From Planctomycetota bacterium (lineage in GTDB: Bacteria; Planctomycetota; SZUA-567; H5-PLA8), in assembly GCA_038227875.1 (NCBI GenBank), contig JBBRPR010000012.1, positions 64,001 through 128,000 on the forward strand: a stretch of 64,000 nt of DNA, given 5' to 3'. Below the pieces are notes generated by a model. That model had not been told where the DNA came from. It was given only the letters and a program-made list of their open reading frames with translations, and made no database searches. A program made the position numbers and the translations under genes. Positions 58,541 through 64,000 of the stretch are shown here, piece by piece. Position 1 is the stretch's first letter, and each line of letters opens with the position of its first letter.

Positions 58541-60973
58541 TCAACGCACGCGAGCCGCGGCCATCCGGTGCAGAACCGCTGCGAACAGGTAGATCATCGC
58601 TCCTGCGAAGATCGTCATGCGGATGCCCAATTCGATTGAGCAGAGCATGGCGAGCACCGAGCCAATGACGGACGTGGCTCCGTTGATCGACCAGAACCAG
58701 GCCGTGCGCGAATCCTGAACGCGTCCGGCCACATCCATGCCCATGGGAAAAGCGAATCCCATCAGCAGTGCCGGCGGACAAATGAGGACCAGCGTGAGCA
58801 GCACGCGCGTGGACGTCTGCGCGCTGATGTGATCATGCATCACTGCGGCGCCGATGTACTCCGCCAGCACAATTACACCCGCAGCAGCGAGCAGAATTGC
58901 GAAATGGCTCTGCGCCCCCAGCGATTTCAGCACTTGATTGGAGCTGAAGCTGCCCACACCCGTGGCCATTAACAAGCCAAACAGGACGATCGTGAAACCA
59001 TAAATGGGATGTCCAAGGAACAGGCTCAGACGCTGGATGAGCCCGATCTCCACAAACATGAACGCGATGCCGATGGCGCCAAAATAAAGAGGGATCGCGG
59101 CCGGACCCGTAGTGGCGCCGCTTTTTCCGCGCAGTCGCAGAAAAACCACGGGGAAGATGATCAGCAGTACTCCCAGCACAATCACGGTAACCGTGAGCGT
59201 CGCCAGGATGCGCACGGCCGGCAAATTGATCGCGGAATCGCCTTCTTCGGGAGCCGCGCCTCCCGCGATTACATCTTTAAGCCTGGAATGAAAAAAGAAG
59301 TACGGGCGGTCGTCGTACGTGGCTGTCACATCGAGCGGAAAGGCGCGCCGGAGTTCGTCGCTGTCCGTGGCCGCGATGAGCACTTTGAATTTATCGTCCA
59401 GCATCACGCCGGGAGCCAGCGCCAGATCGCAGCGGACATCGGCAGAGGCTTTCTTTGCGCGCTCGATATCCTCCGGTGAAAAGGGATCGGGAGAGATCAA
59501 CAGCGTTGCCATCTTCTCGACTTCGATGCTCTGTCCCACCGCGTGCTGCCGTCCGCGGAAGAGCAGAATGTGTTTGGCGGGATCGGTCACGCCTGCCTGT
59601 CGCAACGCGGCGGCGCTCAGTGCCACAAGCCGGTAAATCTCGACGGGCCAGGTGGTGGCGCCGTAATAGAATCGCGAAAACGAGAGCACTCCGCGCGGCT
59701 TGAGGCGCTGCATGAACAGTGTCCACGCCTCCACCGTATACAACCCATTTTCGGTGAATGCGTACGCGCCGGCGGAAGTCGCGGCAGCTGTATCGACGAA
59801 AGACGCTTGGATAATGTCAAAGCGCCGGTCGATCCGCGTCAGCGCGCTGCGGCCGTCGTCGACCATGAACGTCACATCGTTCCGACGGTCAAGATGTCCC
59901 GAGAAGTCGCCGAAGACCACGTTGTCCGCGTGCAGAATATCCGGATTCACGTCGATGCCGGTGACGCTGGCCTGCTTGAATGCCAGCGCTGCGAGCACGT
60001 CGCGGCCGCCTCCCGGGCCGATAATGCAGACGTCGGCGTTCTCGCGCATGCGATGCGCCACGGCGCTGAGTTCATGCTTCAAATACGACACCTTTTCCAG
60101 ATTGCCGTTGAACTCGGTAATGGGCGTGGCGGCGCCAGCGTCGATCTGCAGCCAGAGCTGATTGATCTCGGGCAGCTCGGCTTCAAATGATGAGTCAATG
60201 CCGTAGTTAAACGGTTTGCGGCTCCAGTATGGCGTCACGATGATGCGCGAGAAGGCGTTCCAGCTTTCATAGAGAGGAACGGGCGCTGGCCCATCGTGTC
60301 TGTACCGCACCCGCAGCCATTGCTGCGAAACATTGAGTTGTCCGACTGCAATCAAACCGACCGCAAACGTGACCAGCGCACCAGCGCGAAATTTGTCGCT
60401 CCGGCTGAAGACGATGGCTCCCGCGAGGGCGGACGCGGACGCCGCAGCCAGCACCGCACCCGGCCCGTTGAATGCAATGATCAGCAGCGGCATCAGGGCG
60501 CAACTCACCGCGGATCCGGCCAGATCGGCGGCGTACAGCGTGCCGGTGTCTTTAAAGCGCGTCAGCGCCAGGCAGATGAATGCGCCGCCTGGAACGAAGG
60601 GCAGCGCCGAGAGCACGTACGTCAGCGCTAGATATGTAGAAGGCACCGCGCCGTTGGCGTCGGGATTCAACGGGACGATCAATTGAATGAAAATGGCCGC
60701 AGCTGTCACCAAAGAAGTCAGGCCAGCGAGCACGCCCAGCCGGCTGTTCAACGTGTTCTCCGGCGGGGGAAACAGAAAAACCAGGACCGCGCCGAACGTG
60801 AGTCCGAACATCGAGACCGAGACGGCCATGAACGCGAAGTGGTAATACAGAATCGTGCTGAAAATGCGCGTCAGCAGGACTTCCCACAGCACCAGATTCG
60901 CCGAGACGAGAAAGATGGCCATACGCAGCTTCCAGCGCTGCTCTTTCAGTTCCTCGTTGGCCATATCAGTCAT
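58541..60973 (-). CDS. Membrane-bound spermidine-synthase-like (class I SAM-fold) protein
   Basis: N-terminal TMs (EVLLTRIFS, LYAADLAGS), IIGPGGGRDV, DDGRS, ENGLYTVEA; C-terminal TMs (WSINGATSV). Confidence 0.82.
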   Translation of the reverse strand: MTDMANEELKEQRWKLRMAIFLVSANLVLWEVLLTRIFSTILYYHFAFMAVSVSMFGLTFGAVLVFLFPPPENTLNSRLGVLAGLTSLVTAAAIFIQLIVPLNPDANGAVPSTYLALTYVLSALPFVPGGAFICLALTRFKDTGTLYAADLAGSAVSCALMPLLIIAFNGPGAVLAAASASALAGAIVFSRSDKFRAGALVTFAVGLIAVGQLNVSQQWLRVRYRHDGPAPVPLYESWNAFSRIIVTPYWSRKPFNYGIDSSFEAELPEINQLWLQIDAGAATPITEFNGNLEKVSYLKHELSAVAHRMRENADVCIIGPGGGRDVLAALAFKQASVTGIDVNPDILHADNVVFGDFSGHLDRRNDVTFMVDDGRSALTRIDRRFDIIQASFVDTAAATSAGAYAFTENGLYTVEAWTLFMQRLKPRGVLSFSRFYYGATTWPVEIYRLVALSAAALRQAGVTDPAKHILLFRGRQHAVGQSIEVEKMATLLISPDPFSPEDIERAKKASADVRCDLALAPGVMLDDKFKVLIAATDSDELRRAFPLDVTATYDDRPYFFFHSRLKDVIAGGAAPEEGDSAINLPAVRILATLTVTVIVLGVLLIIFPVVFLRLRGKSGATTGPAAIPLYFGAIGIAFMFVEIGLIQRLSLFLGHPIYGFTIVLFGLLMATGVGSFSSNQVLKSLGAQSHFAILLAAAGVIVLAEYIGAAVMHDHISAQTSTRVLLTLVLICPPALLMGFAFPMGMDVAGRVQDSRTAWFWSINGATSVIGSVLAMLCSIELGIRMTIFAGAMIYLFAAVLHRMAAARVR

Positions 60974-61114
60974 CGATGTCTGCCTTTGCGGTCTTAACGC
61001 TACAATCTCACGATGTGGAGGCTGAAACTTACGGCAGACGCGCCGATTTTGACATGTAAGAAATAGCGGCGCCTTCCTTGACCTGCCAACACCCATGATG
61101 GTAATACGTGCGCT

Positions 61115-62914
61115 GTGCATCGCCTAAAGACCTCACCGCTGTATATTCGGCTTCTAGTCTGGATCGCTTGCGCGACTGCGTGTATCTCGTATTGGGCGGT
61201 GCCCTTCAAACTCGCGTGCGGTCACGGCGGCTCGTATTACGCGATCGGTTTTCACCCCGATGAATTCGACGATGCGCAGCGCCTGCAGCCGCTGATCGAC
61301 GACTCGACGCCGTTCAACACCATTAATGGCATTCAAGACCCAACCTTAAAGTCGCCCTACTATTTCGAAGATGTCGTGCGGCCGGTGCTCGGCGCGCTGC
61401 ATTTCGACATCTTCCTTTTCTTCTGGCTCTGGCGAATTTTCTTTCCGGTCGTTTTGCTGCTGCTGTTGATCCTGATTGGACGGGAATGCTTCGCTCAACG
61501 CCATGGTTGGCTGCTCCCCGCCGCTGCCGCCGCTGCCGCGTTACCGCTGCTGGCGTGCGCGCACGATCTGGTCCGCGCCATCCCGGCGTACGCGAAATTG
61601 TATGCACCGCTGCAAGGCTGGCTCCACCGCGTGCCGGCGAACATCGAATACATCCTGTCTGCGCTGATCGTACTGCTGGCGCTGCGCCTGCTTAAACGCC
61701 CGGGCGCCGGACGCGGCATTGCGTTGAGCTCCGTTCTCGCGCTTTCCGTCTACGTGCGCATCTTTGTCGCCGTGGCGTGGGCACCAGTGATCGCGTGCGT
61801 TGTGCTGTGGCTCGTGGCGGGACGGCGGCAGCGATTCTCCGCCGGCGCGGCGATGTTCGCCGTCTTCGCGCTGCTGGTCACGCCCTGGGTGCTTGACGTG
61901 CAGGCCAATCGCGCATCGCCGGTGTTCACAGAATTCGTGGCGCGCTGCTTCGTGGATCTGCCGTACCAGATCATGCCAATGATGGGACTGTACGTTGGCG
62001 CGGCTGTACTCCTTTTCGTTCTGGGTTTGTTCGTCGCGGATCGCTTTCGACCACTGATTACGATGGGCGCGCTCGTCCTGCTGGCGTTGCCATTTGTCGG
62101 CGGGCTGCTGCCATACTCCAGCGAAGTGCTGAAATCCGATCGTTTCGGCCAGTTTTATTGGATCGCCCTGGCCGCAGCGGCAATCGTGAGCGTTGGTGCG
62201 TACGCCGTGAACACGCGCTGCGAAGTCAAAGTGCTCGCGTGGCCGCTTTGCGCGCTGGCCATCATCGCGTCGACGGCGCTGACGCTTCACAATTACCATT
62301 ACGATTTCATGCTTGAAGTGGAGAGCCCGTACCGCAACGTGGCGACCGATCAGAATTACCTCACCGCGTACCACTGGATCCGCGATCACGTCAGTGACGA
62401 TGCGCTGTTTCTGGTCGATGACGGTTACGATTGGGCGCTGGCTTTCGACGGCTCAACGGAGCTCGACGAAACCGCGCCGGACAACACGCAGATGCTGACC
62501 AAGGCCGATCTGTTCCAGTTGGTTGCGCGCCGCAAGCGCGTCTACAACGAGCACGTGAAGTACAGCGGACTGTCATACGATCAGTACATGAAGCTGATGA
62601 TCGCCCACCGCGGCACTCTGGGATTTCCATTCAAGATCGGTCTCTACGACAGCACGCTGATGAACGTCTGGCCCACGCACATTCTCTGGCGCAAACTGCC
62701 GCTCAACCCCATCTCCGCGGCTGAAGTTCCGCGCGGCTTCGGTGTGCAGTTGAAGAAATTCCGGCATGTCGTGTACCAGGATGAATTTTGCGAAGTCTGG
62801 GAATTGAATTTCGCGATGACGCGCCCGATTTACCGCGGCCCCACGCACCCGCTGCCCGACGTGGGCAAACCGGTGACCCGTGCGCCGTTCGATCCGTTCT
62901 ATATGCAGCGGTAA
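61115..62914 (+). CDS. Polytopic membrane protein, possibly GT-C-like
   Basis: N-terminal TM with HPDE loop, about ten TMs, soluble C-terminal domain (AYHWIRDHV..DALFLVD). Confidence 0.6.
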   Translation: MHRLKTSPLYIRLLVWIACATACISYWAVPFKLACGHGGSYYAIGFHPDEFDDAQRLQPLIDDSTPFNTINGIQDPTLKSPYYFEDVVRPVLGALHFDIFLFFWLWRIFFPVVLLLLLILIGRECFAQRHGWLLPAAAAAAALPLLACAHDLVRAIPAYAKLYAPLQGWLHRVPANIEYILSALIVLLALRLLKRPGAGRGIALSSVLALSVYVRIFVAVAWAPVIACVVLWLVAGRRQRFSAGAAMFAVFALLVTPWVLDVQANRASPVFTEFVARCFVDLPYQIMPMMGLYVGAAVLLFVLGLFVADRFRPLITMGALVLLALPFVGGLLPYSSEVLKSDRFGQFYWIALAAAAIVSVGAYAVNTRCEVKVLAWPLCALAIIASTALTLHNYHYDFMLEVESPYRNVATDQNYLTAYHWIRDHVSDDALFLVDDGYDWALAFDGSTELDETAPDNTQMLTKADLFQLVARRKRVYNEHVKYSGLSYDQYMKLMIAHRGTLGFPFKIGLYDSTLMNVWPTHILWRKLPLNPISAAEVPRGFGVQLKKFRHVVYQDEFCEVWELNFAMTRPIYRGPTHPLPDVGKPVTRAPFDPFYMQR

Positions 62915-62990
62915 GGTGTTGTCGTGCTTTGACTTTCCCAGCCGTTGGAACTACAAGCGAGTCACGTTCATCCGGTCTGCGAGGCGGCTT

Positions 62991-63986
62991 ATGCGGTTGC
63001 TGCGACTCTTCCTTTTAGTGCTTCCCTTTACGCTCGCGTTTGATGCCGCATGCGCGGCCGACGCTCCGGGCCCGACGCCGCCCAAGGAAATTCCCAAAGA
63101 CGAACCGATCGATCCGGACGTGCTCCATAAAGTTCATAAGCTGATCCGCGGCACGCTCTCCTCCGATGACAAGGAACGCGAGAAGGCGTGGAACGACATC
63201 CGCGACATGGGCAACCTCGCAGTGCCGGGACTGATCGGCGTCTACCGCCAGAAAACCACGACGCCGGAAGAAGTGCGCTCGATCCTGCTGGCGCTGGGCG
63301 ATTCGAAAGATCCGCGCGCCGGTCCGGCTCTGGCCGAGCTGCTGACGTCGACGGACAAAAGCGTCCGCCGCGACGCCGCGCGCGCGATGGGCGACAGCGG
63401 TTACAAGGGCGGTATTCCGGCGCTGGAAAAAGTGGCAAAGGATGTGAAGGAAGACGAAGATGTGCGCCTCTTCGCAGCCTCGGCGGCGGCGAAGCTGGGG
63501 AGCACGGACGCGCTGAAGGTGTTGTCCGATCTGGCCAAGTCGACGCGTCCGGAAATCCGCTCGCGCGCGATTTTTGCCATCGGGAAAAATGGCGGGGTCG
63601 CGCACGTCGCGGAAATCGAGAAGGCGCTGGAAGACACTGACGCCAGCGTGCGCGAAGATGCCGTCGAAGCCTTGCGGCTGCTGGGCAAGGAGCCGGTCTG
63701 GCCCGGCTTGATCAAGGCGACGTCGGACACCGACTACAAAATCCGCGGCGCCGCGATGGATGCGCTGCGGCAATTGACCAGGCAGAAATTCGACAACGAT
63801 CCAAAGAAGTGGCAGGAGTGGTTCAAAAACGGCGCCAAGCCGCCGGAAACTCCGAAAGCCGACGACGAAAAAAGTGATGACACAGTGAAACCACTGAAAG
63901 AAAAAGCCAAGTCGCGCGACAAGACGGATGAGCCCAAAAGCGACGATGGCATGGACAGCACTGAAAAAGATGGCAAGGACGACTAA
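62991..63986 (+). CDS. Exported HEAT/PBS-lyase repeat protein
   Basis: Signal peptide; repeats VRRDAARAMG, VRLFAASAA, IRSRAIFAIG, VREDAVEAL, IRGAAMDAL; ends WQEWF plus a K/D-rich tail. Confidence 0.88.
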   Translation: MRLLRLFLLVLPFTLAFDAACAADAPGPTPPKEIPKDEPIDPDVLHKVHKLIRGTLSSDDKEREKAWNDIRDMGNLAVPGLIGVYRQKTTTPEEVRSILLALGDSKDPRAGPALAELLTSTDKSVRRDAARAMGDSGYKGGIPALEKVAKDVKEDEDVRLFAASAAAKLGSTDALKVLSDLAKSTRPEIRSRAIFAIGKNGGVAHVAEIEKALEDTDASVREDAVEALRLLGKEPVWPGLIKATSDTDYKIRGAAMDALRQLTRQKFDNDPKKWQEWFKNGAKPPETPKADDEKSDDTVKPLKEKAKSRDKTDEPKSDDGMDSTEKDGKDD

Positions 63987-64000
63987 ATGAGCTCAAGGAT

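Overview
GC-rich bacterial chromosomal segment, probably Planctomycetota (inferred from a DLG-type Hanks kinase, giant prepilin-like proteins, HEAT-repeat and QxHLST-type membrane proteins). In order it holds: (1) a G-H-K-J-I pseudopilin/minor-pilin cluster whose K- and J-like members carry repeated modules resembling phage structural proteins; (2) a urea utilisation island (porin, urtABCDE, ureD-ureAB-ureC-ureF-ureG, no ureE) with two sigma54-like promoters and plant/fungal-type urease and UreG; (3) gntR-nanA-like, GT1, mgtE and a dienelactone hydrolase; (4) a SAM-I riboswitch ahead of thrC-like, MoaD-NIL fusion and moeB, then DUF309, clpP and nfu; (5) a minus-strand run of dynamin-like GTPase, ABC pair, E1 alpha-beta, E2, ACP, obgE and an aldehyde dehydrogenase; (6) an orphan ParB-like gene and a CaMKII-hub gene next to a Ser/Thr kinase; (7) frameshifted phyH-like, araC, acyltransferase, carB, ugd and envelope membrane proteins. 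A dispersed family of 28-bp GACC...GGTC palindromes and heptamer repeats lies mainly in intergenic DNA. No tRNA, rRNA, CRISPR array or transposase was recognised. All family calls come from motifs read by eye; no database searches were run.
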